Of a stretch of 45,518 bases of DNA, positions 1-11,277 are shown one piece after another (positions within the stretch are counted from its first letter, which is position 1; the number at the start of each line of letters is the position of its first letter). The DNA is from Octopus bimaculoides (taxonomy: Eukaryota), in assembly GCF_001194135.2 (NCBI RefSeq), contig NC_068990.1:41225223-41270740 (forward strand), read 5' to 3'. The notes below the pieces were generated by a model, which was not told the origin of the DNA, searched no databases, and saw only the letters and a program-made list of their open reading frames with translations. The translations under genes and the position numbers were made by a program.

Positions 1-17
1 GAAGAAAAAAAAAACAA

Positions 18-18
18 C

Positions 19-89
<71 letters not shown>

Positions 90-325
90 CCTTTCTACTA
101 AAGATACAAGGCCTGACATTTTGGGAGAGGGGACTAGGCGATTGCATCGACCTCTAATGTTTCACTGGTACTTAATTTATCGACCCCGAGAGGATGAAGG
201 GCAAAGTCGACCTCGGCGAAATTTGAACTCAGTACATAGCGGTCGTTGAAAACACACTAACTTCGCGAGTGCTGACGATCCTACCAGCTCGCCGGCTTGA
301 ATAATAATAATAATAACAACAACAG

Positions 326-389
<64 letters not shown>
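18..389. repeat. (AAT)n/(AAC)n microsatellite tracts flanking a SINE
   Basis: (AAT)n at 18-89 and (AAT/AAC)n at about 300-389, read directly. Confidence 0.97.
90..299 (-). mobile_element. tRNA-derived SINE family B ((ATT)n-tailed), near full length
   Basis: Minus strand reads ggcgagctggtaggatcg (A-box-like) ... gagttcaaatttcgcc (B-box-like) ... gaggtcgactttgcccttcatcctctcggggtcgataaattaagtaccag ... tagtagaaaggattattatt. At least 9 homologous copies occur in the window. Confidence 0.88.
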
Positions 390-391
<2 letters not shown>

Positions 392-1082
392 TAATTATAA
401 GGATGATGATTGTTTAAAACTGTTTAAATATTATGGAAGATGACACGTCCCAAATACGACATGTGTGTGTGTGTGTGTGTGTACGTGTGTGTGTCTGCGT
501 GTGCGTGTGTGTGCATGTACTATGCACGTGCTTGCTTATATATATATATTCACACACATGCAGGAGCACTAACCTACAACCGAGTGCGTATCCACACCTA
601 ACGCTATGATGAAAGTACACAGGAGCTTGTATAACTGAGTAGGAAATTGAGATTTAGAAGCGACAAGTAGGTCGATAGTTGTACTTAATGTTTCTGTTAT
701 ACATATATATTTATGTCACTGTTCAACGTACTCAGTGACATTTCAGTCTGTCTTCTCCTCTTTCTTTCTTTCTCACTCTCCTTTTCTACTCTTTGTCTCT
801 CTTCTCTTTCAAAATCTTTGTAACATTTATCTATATCGTCTACGTCTTCCTATTTCCTCTTTTTTTTATATGCAATATGTCCGAATGACTGCGTAGAATT
901 AGTTTTGTGTATAAGTATGTATGCATACCTGTATTTATATATTCATGCACATACACACACACATGCACACAAATACACACACACATATATATATATACAC
1001 ATACATACATAGATACATACATACAAACATACATTCATATAGGTAGTCAGAAAGCCAATCAGCTAGCCAGCCAACCAGACAG

Positions 1083-1084
<2 letters not shown>

Positions 1085-1147
<63 letters not shown>
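1085..1147. repeat. (GATA)n tetranucleotide microsatellite
   Basis: Perfect GATA run. Similar runs occur at about 13739-13812 and 20647-20678. Confidence 0.97.
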
Positions 1148-1149
<2 letters not shown>

Positions 1150-1487
1150 GTTTACGTACAATCAAAGTATCTTCAGTACTTCGTTTTCTGAATTTATTTT
1201 AACATGATTCATAATTCTAATGGATATTGACTTTCAGGTCAATGCGATTGTCTGTATATCTACACGTATGAATGTATGNNNNNNNNNNNNNNNNNNNNNN
1301 NNNNNNNNNNNNNNNNNNNNNNNNNNNNNNNNNNNNNNNNNNNNNNNNNNNNNNNNNNNNNNNNNNNNNNNNNNNNNNNNNNNNNNNNNNNNNNNNNNNN
1401 NNNNNNNNNNNNNNNNNNNNNNNNNNNNNNNNNNNNNNNNNNNNNNNNNNNNNNNNNNNNNNNNNNNNNNNNNNNNNNNNNNNNNNN

Positions 1488-1518
<31 letters not shown>

Positions 1519-1581
1519 TATATGCTTTGTGTGTGTGAATAATTTCTTGCGAAGAAAATGATATCTAATACAGACACAGAG

Positions 1582-3540
1582 CTCCATTACTGGAGTGCAG
1601 ATAAAAACAAAGTCACATTACGAGCTTGAGAAAAGTTTTGCATATATTTACAGTTCTGCCTACAGGTTGTATTTGTAATGTGAGTTTGATCTCTTTTCCA
1701 GGAAACCCTAGCTTTTCCAGCTTTTCACTAACAAAACCGAGTGCACCATTTATTATTAGTATAAATGTACATTTTCAATCTGGGTATAGAAGCTGAATAT
1801 TTCGAAACAGTCCTCTGTAGTTATTCTCCTTTTCCTTGATTTTCAAAAAGGTATTCAGATAAGCAGGGCATCTGAACTCTATGACGGTATCTACTTTTTC
1901 TTGTTTGTCCCAAATATTTATATCCAGCCGGATATGCTTGCAATTGATAGAAGTTTTTATGAGAATGTACAGCCAGTTGATGTTTATGTATGTATTCAAT
2001 TACAAGGCCATTCTTCATGTTTACTTCAAAACAATCTTTTACCTCGGATGGCATTGTATATTGTTTTAACGCCAATGTCTTGTTTCATTAGGAAGTAGTT
2101 TGCTTGATGACATTTTTGAGCAGTTTCTGATCAGATATGTAACGTCTTCCACAGAGATGTGACATAATCGGCTCACTTCATTGCATCTTCAGACTCCAAT
2201 GGCTTCCCTGTTTGCTTTGTTTATTTGATATATTGCAGTAATCTCTCCTGTTCTTGTATTGCAAACGCATAGCTTTCTAAGTGTGTAATATAGCGGTCGC
2301 AAGTACGTATAAGAAACGCTGCACTTTATGTCGATACTAGAGTCGTCTCCAAGTCTTCGGGAAATATGCGTATACATAGTCTTTTTTTATATTGAGCGCT
2401 TTACATTCAGGTCGTTTTTTTAGGTATGTTATTCCAGTTTTTTGGGAGTAGGGGTTATAGGACGTGGTCATGAAGTGTTGACTCGTCGGATGCTGATCTC
2501 ATCGCTTTCAGCATTAAGTTTATACATTTTTACTGGAAGTGCTGTCTAAGAAACCATACGTCATTCGAACACTACCTGCACTGATCTCAGTCAGACCTCT
2601 AACTCCTTCGTCTCTTCTTATGGAGAGCTTGTCATTATCTCTGTTTCTATTGGAAATTTCTAGTTTTGTTAATTTTTAAATATTGGATGTAATTGATGGT
2701 GTGAACCCATTTTTATCTTACATTTTATTATTGCGGTTAACCATCCAATATGGTGGCGCACATTGTTAATTCTTTTTTCTCAAAGTTGTTTACCACCTAA
2801 CTTGCTTCCGTTTAGTAATTTCATTAATACTTGCACAGCAGGTTTCTCCATATTGTTCTGTAAGAGTAATAACAACTGTATATAGGAATTATATACAACT
2901 GGATCATTTGTCCAGTAATTTACATCATTTGATGCCATCTGCTTCCCAGCAACAGCATCGATAACTTTTAAGATGACAAAAGAATTGTTTTCCCCTAATC
3001 TCGTTAAGAATGGCGTTTCACTCAACGACAACTTAGAAAATCAGCAAATCTTTGTACGAACTATGGTTTTAACATATTAAGTTGAATATATTCCACAGTC
3101 AACCCTGTCGAATCCGCTACATGTAGGGATATTCAACAATTAAGTGATGGCTGCAGCGTTGTGCTTAGACTAATTTCGATTTTTCTTATGGCAGATTTTG
3201 GCTGGTTCTCAGGCTTTTAGGAAGATTGATTAGCATCACGAGAGTTGGATTAACAAGTGCTACAAGTAGTAGCCATATTTCTTTTCGTAAAGAAAAATGC
3301 TTGTTGGCGTAGTTATTTTGCTGTGAAATAGTTCAAGTTTGGGTGAGCTTCGTCCCAGTAATTTTTTTAACCTCTTCTAATAATAAGGATCATCTCGGGC
3401 TTCTTCATAAGTCCAAAGTAGATCTCAGTTTGACTGTAAAGACCAACTGAAATGGGACGAATACTTACATCATCTTGAAAAGCTTACAGCTGTCATAGCA
3501 CTACTTGTGTTGCCATCGTTGTTGGTGATGACGTCATCAA
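1582..3540 (-). mobile_element. Decayed R4/Dong-like (R2-group, REL endonuclease) non-LTR retrotransposon lacking the RT core
   Basis: Manual minus-strand translation across frameshifts, in order: N-terminal KRLKNYWDEAHPNLNYFTAK (about 3370-3310); EKRINNVRHHIGWL (about 2775-2735); post-RT DKLSIRRDEGVRGL (about 2635-2595, cf. RLY..R..GGRGL); HLESYAFAIQEQE (about 2285-2250); zinc-knuckle remnant RLCHISVEDVTYLIRNC; REL region CKHIRLDINIWDKQEK...IEFRCPA...KEKENNY...LLYPD (ORF 1775-1999); IINGALGFV...TVNICKTFLKLV, stop at 1618-1620. No YxDD RT motif was seen. Confidence 0.85.
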
Positions 3541-3602
3541 TATCGACTATGGTCGTAACTGTGAAAATTTCTCTGGTGTAAGATATATTATGTAATCCGG
3601 AC

Positions 3603-3938
3603 TGAATAAAGCTAAGTTTGTAAGAAAAAGGTATTTCTCTTATTTATAACAAGAAATAAACCAGTTACCTGGATTGGAGAAATCAGTGTTATTACAGTAG
3701 AAAATGTTCAAAAAGGCATTTTTAAACGGTTCTCTGTGCATGCACGTCCCATGTTGACGGTGCCATTTCTTTAGGTATGTGTATATGTATGTACGTATGT
3801 ATATATGTATGTATATATGTGTTTGTGTATGTATGAGCGCGTGCACGCATGCGCGCGTGGTTTGGAGGACAAGAACAAATGTCATAAGCCTTTTCAGGGT
3901 CCCTTTGACTTCTGAGAAGAAGTAAGGAAATTATCATT
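3603..3938 (+). repeat. Dispersed direct duplication, copy 1 (about 335 bp)
   Basis: Aligns co-linearly with 10869-11197, from tgaataaagctaag to ggaaattatcatt, including non-microsatellite sequence. Confidence 0.95.
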
Positions 3939-4019
3939 ATACCTGAGATCTGTTCCCAATGGTAGTGTTGTGGTTGTGTTATACCAGGTCACCGATTAAC
4001 TCTATCTACCATTCAAAAA

Positions 4020-4205
4020 TGTGTCGTTCTATTTGCTAGAAGTAAGAACCAGAATCAATCTATTTGAACCATATCGTCATAAAGAAAGAAGAAAACATTA
4101 CTGAATGTAATTCAGTTATACAAATAGACGGCCTCGCCATGGCTGGAGTGTCTTAATAAGTCTGTTCAACCAGGGCTGGTCTGTGACTAAACAGTAAAAC
4201 ACCAA
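4020..4205 (+). mobile_element. Old SINE-like repeat family D, degraded
   Basis: Motif gctagaa.ta.c..c.a.atc......aa.c...a.cgtc.taaagaaag followed by a ggctgg...ct.aacag tail. Related fragments occur at about 11725-12010 (-), 12440-12610 (-), 27870-28010 (+) and 38765-38910 (+). Confidence 0.5.
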
Positions 4206-5499
4206 AACAAAATACAAATCCCTTTCTGAAAGACTTTCTTAGACATTTTGTCAAAGAAATGTCACCCACATGACTTTGGTCGATAGACGGCACTGGTAAC
4301 AAACAGTAGTGCAAGGTAACATGATACAAATCGTGTGTTTACAAATCGTGTGTTTGTGATGACAAATCCGTGTGTTTGGGAAAGGAACTGCAAACCACGC
4401 AACCGTATTTTTGCCACCTGCGCATGTATGTGTCCTTAAAGTGAAAGACACCCTCCGCAATGCAGTATATTGTGCAAGTCATCGACTCCCAAGTGGACTT
4501 TGTCGCTTGGTCTACTGAAAATATCAGTCGAATCTCATGACTGTTTTACAAGTTTATTCATAGAAACCCTTTCGCAGAACACAGAACGTAATTACCGTAG
4601 ATCTTCTAGGTCAAAACTGACCTGGGGTTAAACAACATCAAGTATTCCAATAACAGCTAAAGGTACTTTCATGCAAATACTTTTTTTTTTTACACCGAGG
4701 TGTTATTTTCAATATCTGTAAGGATTTGCCCACGGATCAATGTACAATTGCTTCAAGGTGAGTACATTCGATATTTGAGTGTGGTCATATCTTTTGTGTG
4801 GTGCTATCTATATCAACTACTTTACAGTGCTTAGTAAGTGACTAATAATATTATTCCTATCAGGTTAGATTTAAATTTTCATGAACTGTAAGTAACTATG
4901 TTGTGTGTAAGAATCTCTTAGAATTTCTGCCAAACCTATATAACGCTGCTTTGTCACGTTTCTCTTTTTAATTATAGCAGAGACTTATCGTTACTGAATC
5001 GACAACATTCTTTCTCTTCAGTCATGACTGCTAGTTTCATTCCGAGTTCAACTCTGACTGAAACTAGCAATTATGAAAAAAAGTTTGCTTTTAATCTTAA
5101 TTTCTTTTTTCATGTTGTCTCACACAATATAGATTACTTTTTCGACAAATACCTTTTGCGGCCAAACTGTTTTGGACGTAATAACTCCAAAGAAGTGTTG
5201 ATTATTTCGCAACCTTTTTATTTTTCCTAAATCTAAGGTGTTTTCTCAAGATGAATATCATCAGTTTACACAGCACCATTAGGAAGATCTTTGGAATAGA
5301 TGAAACGTTTTCAATAATTGTAGTTATATACTTTCATAATCGCAATCATTTCCGAATTCAAACCTCACCTCCTACATTTTACTTTGAATGCTTAAGGCAC
5401 ATTACAATAAGTAGCAGGCATATACAAAATTCCTACAGATAATTGTCTATCCGCAACGCTTTCACCAGTCATAAGGTAGGCCTTGTAAAAGGTTATTGG

Positions 5500-5608
5500 C
5501 AATATCTCTCCATAAGTGTGGTACTTATGCTATCGTTTGCTTTTTTGATGAGCGACTAGATTACGGAGACGTGAACATTCCAACACTGGGTATCAAATAC
5601 TTATACAT
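5500..5608 (-). mobile_element. SINE family A, degraded 3' fragment
   Basis: tacttatgctatcg...ttacggagacgtgaacattccaacac aligns to the 3' half of the copy at 39904-40313. Confidence 0.6.
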
Positions 5609-6587
5609 ATACACAAGCACAAATATACATATATACATACATACACATGCATACATACACACACATACATAATACATACATACATACATACATACATACA
5701 TACATGTATACATATATATATATATATATANNNNNNNNNNNNNNNNNNNNNNNNNNNNNNNNNNNNNNNNNNNNNNNNNNNNNNNNNNNNNNNNNNNNNN
5801 NNNNNNNNNNNNNNNNNNNNNNNNNNNNNNNNNNNNNNNNNNNNNNNNNNNNNNNNNNNNNNNNNNNNNNNNNNNNNNNNNNNNNNNNNNNNNNNNNNNN
5901 NNNNNNNNNNNNNNNNNNNNNNNNNNNNNNNNNNNNNNNNNNNNNNNNNNNNNNNNNNNNNNNNNNNNNNNNNNNNNNNNNNNNNNNNNNNNNNNNNNNN
6001 NNNNNNNNNNNNNNNNNNNNNNNNNNNNNNNNNNNNNNNNNNNNNNNNNNNNNNNNNNNNNNNNNNNNNNNNNNNNNNNNNNNNNNNNNNNNNNNNNNNN
6101 NNNNNNNNNNNNNNNNNNNNNNNNNNNNNNNNNNNNNNNNNNNNNNNNNNNNNNNNNNNNNNNNNNNNNNNNNNNNNNNNNNNNNNNNNNNNNNNNNNNN
6201 NNNNNNNNNNNNNNNNNNNNNNNNNNNNNNNNNNNNNNNNNNNNNNNNNNNNNNNNNNNNNNNNNNNNNNNNNNNNNNNNNNNNNNNNNNNNNNNNNNNN
6301 NNNNNNNNNNNNNNNNNNNNNNNNNNNNNNNNNNNNNNNNNNNNNNNNNNNNNNNNNNNNNNNNNNNNNNNNNNNNNNNNNNNNNNNNNNNNNNNNNNNN
6401 NNNNNNNNNNNNNNNNNNNNNNNNNNNNNNNNNNNNNNNNNNNNNNNNNNNNNNNNNNNNNNNNNNNNNNNNNNNNNNNNNNNNNNNNNNNNNNNNNNNN
6501 NNNNNNNNNNNNNNNNNNNNNNNNNNNNNNNNNNNNNNNNNNNNNNNNNNNNNNNNNNNNNNNNNNNNNNNNNNNNNNNNNNNNNNN

Positions 6588-6760
6588 GCCGATGTTGGTG
6601 TGTTTCGTCCCCGTACCTTAGCGGTTCGGCAAAAAAGACCGATAGAATAAGTATTACGCTTACAAAGAATAATTACCGGGGTCGATTTGTTCGACTAAAG
6701 GCGGTGCTCCAGCATGACCGTAGTCAAATGACTGCAACAAATAAAGAAATAAAAGAATAT
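6588..6760 (+). mobile_element. SINE family A, 3' half (5' half lies in the gap)
   Basis: ttagcggttcggcaaaa...gatagaataagta...ggggtcgatttgttcgactaaaggcggtgctccagcatg...gtcaaatgactg, matching 41040-41225. Confidence 0.9.
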
Positions 6761-6779
6761 ATATCCTATATGCATGATA

Positions 6780-6900
6780 CAGCTCCCATCAGAGAAATTC
6801 CTTCAGAAGGCATTGGTCGGTCCGGAACTATAGCAGAAGATACTTGTTCAAGGTATGAAGTGAACATTTGAAATACACAGTCATGCATCTACTTCTCCTA
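6780..6900 (-). mobile_element. SINE family A, degraded 5' half
   Basis: ggcattggtcggtccggaactatagcagaagatacttgttcaaggt matches ggctttggtcggcccgaggctatagtagaagacacttgcccaag. Confidence 0.7.
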
Positions 6901-6924
6901 AAGTATTCAAAGAAATGATCGTAC

Positions 6925-7227
6925 CATCCTATTGCTCCTTTATGGTAACACAGATTTCCAGGATGTTAACGCGCCGATTCATACGAAGAGCCCAAAAGAA
7001 AAGTATATCACTTGAATTGGCCCTCAAAATCACCAGATCGCACTAAAATCGAACATTTCTGGCATAATTTGGAACAGTCAATGAGGTACCACTTCCCTCC
7101 ACTATCGTCGTTGAAAAAGCTACAGCAGGTTTACTTGGAAAATTGCTTAAAATTCCCCTAATAACTGTTTAGAACCTATACGAGTTCATTCTTTGACATA
7201 TTAATGCTCTGATGGATGCCAAAAGAG
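6925..7227 (+). mobile_element. Tc1-like transposase, C-terminal remnant
   Basis: Translations across frameshifts and stops: FQDVNAPIHT; LNWPSKSPDRTKIEHFWHNLEQSMR; FPPLSSLKKL; LKIPLITV*NLYEFIL*HINALMDAKR. These match the Tc1 FQ.DNAP.H and W(P).SPDLNPIE.W motifs. Confidence 0.82.
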
Positions 7228-7228
7228 T

Positions 7229-7563
7229 GAAGGCGCAATGGCCCAGTGGTTAGGGCAGCGGACTCGCAGTCGGAGGATCGCGGTTTCGATTCCTAGACCA
7301 AGCGGTGTCTGTGTTTATTGAGCGAAAATACCTAAAGCTCCACGAGGCTCCGGCAGGGGATGGTGGCGAACCCTGCTGTACTCTTTCACCACAACTTTCT
7401 CTTAATTCCTGTTTCTGTTGTGCCTGTAATTCAAAGGGTCAGCCTTGTCACACTGTGTCACGCTGAATATCCCCAAGAACTACGTTAAGGGTACACGTGT
7501 CTGTGGAGTGTTCAGCCACTTGCACTTTAATTTCACGAGCAGGCTGTTCCGTTGATCGGATCA
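7229..7563 (+). mobile_element. tRNA-derived SINE family C1 (OR-like), 3' end runs into the gap
   Basis: A box TGGCCCAGTGG at 7239-7249 and B box GTTTCGATTCC at 7283-7293. The 3' tail (caaagggtcagccttgtcacac...taatttcacgagcaggctg) is shared with 15860-15990. Confidence 0.88.
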
Positions 7564-8301
7564 NNNNNNNNNNNNNNNNNNNNNNNNNNNNNNNNNNNNN
7601 NNNNNNNNNNNNNNNNNNNNNNNNNNNNNNNNNNNNNNNNNNNNNNNNNNNNNNNNNNNNNNNNNNNNNNNNNNNNNNNNNNNNNNNNNNNNNNNNNNNN
7701 NNNNNNNNNNNNNNNNNNNNNNNNNNNNNNNNNNNNNNNNNNNNNNNNNNNNNNNNNNNNNNNNNNNNNNNNNNNNNNNNNNNNNNNNNNNNNNNNNNNN
7801 NNNNNNNNNNNNNNNNNNNNNNNNNNNNNNNNNNNNNNNNNNNNNNNNNNNNNNNNNNNNNNNNNNNNNNNNNNNNNNNNNNNNNNNNNNNNNNNNNNNN
7901 NNNNNNNNNNNNNNNNNNNNNNNNNNNNNNNNNNNNNNNNNNNNNNNNNNNNNNNNNNNNNNNNNNNNNNNNNNNNNNNNNNNNNNNNNNNNNNNNNNNN
8001 NNNNNNNNNNNNNNNNNNNNNNNNNNNNNNNNNNNNNNNNNNNNNNNNNNNNNNNNNNNNNNNNNNNNNNNNNNNNNNNNNNNNNNNNNNNNNNNNNNNN
8101 NNNNNNNNNNNNNNNNNNNNNNNNNNNNNNNNNNNNNNNNNNNNNNNNNNNNNNNNNNNNNNNNNNNNNNNNNNNNNNNNNNNNNNNNNNNNNNNNNNNN
8201 NNNNNNNNNNNNNNNNNNNNNNNNNNNNNNNNNNNNNNNNNNNNNNNNNNNNNNNNNNNNNNNNNNNNNNNNNNNNNNNNNNNNNNNNNNNNNNNNNNNN
8301 N

Positions 8302-8337
<36 letters not shown>

Positions 8338-8539
8338 GTGTAGGGTGGTGGTGTATGCATGTATATACACATAATCACAGAAAGATACGCGTACATGAAA
8401 ACCAGTGTTTTGACGCATACACAATATACTTGTACAACTGTACAGAGAAATGATATGCATGCACAAAAGTGTGCACATATAAACATACAACTTCAACAAC
8501 ACAAATACACACTCACAAAACTGCACTGCGAAACAGTAA

Positions 8540-8672
8540 CCTAAATTTTAAGAAATAGACAAACACACACACACACACACGAAGGAAATATATGCTTATA
8601 TATTGATGCTTTCTTACATCCATACAGAAACAAATCCATGTATATGTTTGTGTGTGTATGTATGTATATGTA

Positions 8673-8754
<82 letters not shown>

Positions 8755-8972
8755 TATGCATACGGATACACATGTATTACATATATATTAATTCATATAC
8801 ACGCACATGTATATATGGAGAGAGAGTGAGAGGGGTGGCAAAAGCACGTATGTTCATGTTATTGCACTTATTTCTGTATTTACGCGTATGCATACACACA
8901 TAAACGCACACATACACACACACACACACACAAACATACACATATATATATACATATACATACATATATACA

Positions 8973-9012
<40 letters not shown>

Positions 9013-9311
9013 CATATACATATAAATAAGTGCGCGTCTTTGAAATATATAAAACAACGTTAAAGATTCTACTCACAATATTAAAATGGGCGAAGAGGCA
9101 TATACAACACGGACATAAACACACTCACACACTCATACGCACACACATATATATATGCATATGTATAGTTGTTTGTCTATACTCATCTATCATATATATA
9201 GATATACATCAATACGGATATGCACAATATGCGTGCACGCACATCTATCTATCTATCTATCTATCTATCTTATACACACAAACAGATTTATATATATATA
9301 TATATATATAT
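8540..9311. repeat. Compound (TA)n/(TG)n/(CA)n/(CTAT)n low-complexity block
   Basis: Read directly. It is the source of the many YI/HT/VC-repeat ORFs. Confidence 0.95.
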
Positions 9312-10541
9312 NNNNNNNNNNNNNNNNNNNNNNNNNNNNNNNNNNNNNNNNNNNNNNNNNNNNNNNNNNNNNNNNNNNNNNNNNNNNNNNNNNNNNNNNN
9401 NNNNNNNNNNNNNNNNNNNNNNNNNNNNNNNNNNNNNNNNNNNNNNNNNNNNNNNNNNNNNNNNNNNNNNNNNNNNNNNNNNNNNNNNNNNNNNNNNNNN
9501 NNNNNNNNNNNNNNNNNNNNNNNNNNNNNNNNNNNNNNNNNNNNNNNNNNNNNNNNNNNNNNNNNNNNNNNNNNNNNNNNNNNNNNNNNNNNNNNNNNNN
9601 NNNNNNNNNNNNNNNNNNNNNNNNNNNNNNNNNNNNNNNNNNNNNNNNNNNNNNNNNNNNNNNNNNNNNNNNNNNNNNNNNNNNNNNNNNNNNNNNNNNN
9701 NNNNNNNNNNNNNNNNNNNNNNNNNNNNNNNNNNNNNNNNNNNNNNNNNNNNNNNNNNNNNNNNNNNNNNNNNNNNNNNNNNNNNNNNNNNNNNNNNNNN
9801 NNNNNNNNNNNNNNNNNNNNNNNNNNNNNNNNNNNNNNNNNNNNNNNNNNNNNNNNNNNNNNNNNNNNNNNNNNNNNNNNNNNNNNNNNNNNNNNNNNNN
9901 NNNNNNNNNNNNNNNNNNNNNNNNNNNNNNNNNNNNNNNNNNNNNNNNNNNNNNNNNNNNNNNNNNNNNNNNNNNNNNNNNNNNNNNNNNNNNNNNNNNN
10001 NNNNNNNNNNNNNNNNNNNNNNNNNNNNNNNNNNNNNNNNNNNNNNNNNNNNNNNNNNNNNNNNNNNNNNNNNNNNNNNNNNNNNNNNNNNNNNNNNNNN
10101 NNNNNNNNNNNNNNNNNNNNNNNNNNNNNNNNNNNNNNNNNNNNNNNNNNNNNNNNNNNNNNNNNNNNNNNNNNNNNNNNNNNNNNNNNNNNNNNNNNNN
10201 NNNNNNNNNNNNNNNNNNNNNNNNNNNNNNNNNNNNNNNNNNNNNNNNNNNNNNNNNNNNNNNNNNNNNNNNNNNNNNNNNNNNNNNNNNNNNNNNNNNN
10301 NNNNNATATGTTAGACATATATAGACATATACATATGTACACATGTATCTGTGAATATTATGTGTGTATGTGTGTGTGTATATATTGCACAGGCACATAC
10401 ATGCACGCATACCTATGTGTATACTTACAAATATGTGTGGGTGTCTGTATGTTCATACATGTGTATAAAATTATAAAATTATTTGATATAAATATATATA
10501 AGTGTACATATATACATATATACATATACATATATATGTGT

Positions 10542-10579
<38 letters not shown>

Positions 10580-10868
10580 ACATATACGATATATATGTGT
10601 GCGCAAGTGTATACGTACATACGTACATACACACATACATACGTACATACATGCATACGTGTGTGGGTATATCACGTGGAAGAGGAGGAGAGACGCCAAA
10701 GATGTTATAATGTATAAGATAAGGCATGTACTAGTAATGCCGGCACCACATGTACGTAGGTTGATACATTTCGTTGGTACCGTGGTTCTATTTTTCACTT
10801 TTATAACATTGTTTCTAAAAGCCTTACGCTAACATACCTACCTCCTCATGCTCAAGTACACATTTTTA

Positions 10869-11197
10869 TGAATAAAGCTAAGTTTGTAAGTAAAAGGTAT
10901 TTCTCTTATTTATAACAAGAAATAAGCCAGTTACCTGGATTGGCGAAATCAGTGTTATTATAGTAGAAAATGTTCAAAAAGGCATTTTTGAACGGTTCTC
11001 AGTGCATGCACGTCCCATGTTGACGGTACCATTTCTTTACGTATGTGTATATGTATGTACGTATGTATATATGTATATATGTGTTTGTTTGTGTATGAGC
11101 GCGTGCACGCATGCGCGCGTGATTTGGAGGACAAGAGCAAATGCCATAAGCCTTTTCAGGGTCCCTTTGACTTCTGAGAACAAAGGAAATTATCATT
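10869..11197 (+). repeat. Dispersed direct duplication, copy 2
   Basis: Co-linear with 3603-3938, with scattered substitutions and small indels. Confidence 0.95.
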
Positions 11198-11222
11198 CTT
11201 TTTCTATCTGCCTATTTCTGTA

Positions 11223-11277
<55 letters not shown>

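Noticed and set aside
4723-4757. Possible 35-nt exon (xFAHGSMYNCFK) with the donor AAG|GTGAGT
   Set aside because: The acceptor is weak (AAG, poor pyrimidine tract), and the segment also resembles a decayed mariner C-terminus. It cannot be supported.
4828-4887. Apparent micro-exons (6 nt at 4828-4833 and 24 nt at 4864-4887) with GTAAGT donors
   Set aside because: The implied intron between them is only about 30 nt, and such matches are expected by chance in AT-rich DNA.
7229-7305. tRNA-like sequence with A and B boxes
   Set aside because: The acceptor stem does not close and the sequence continues into a SINE body and tail, so it is a SINE head and not a tRNA gene.
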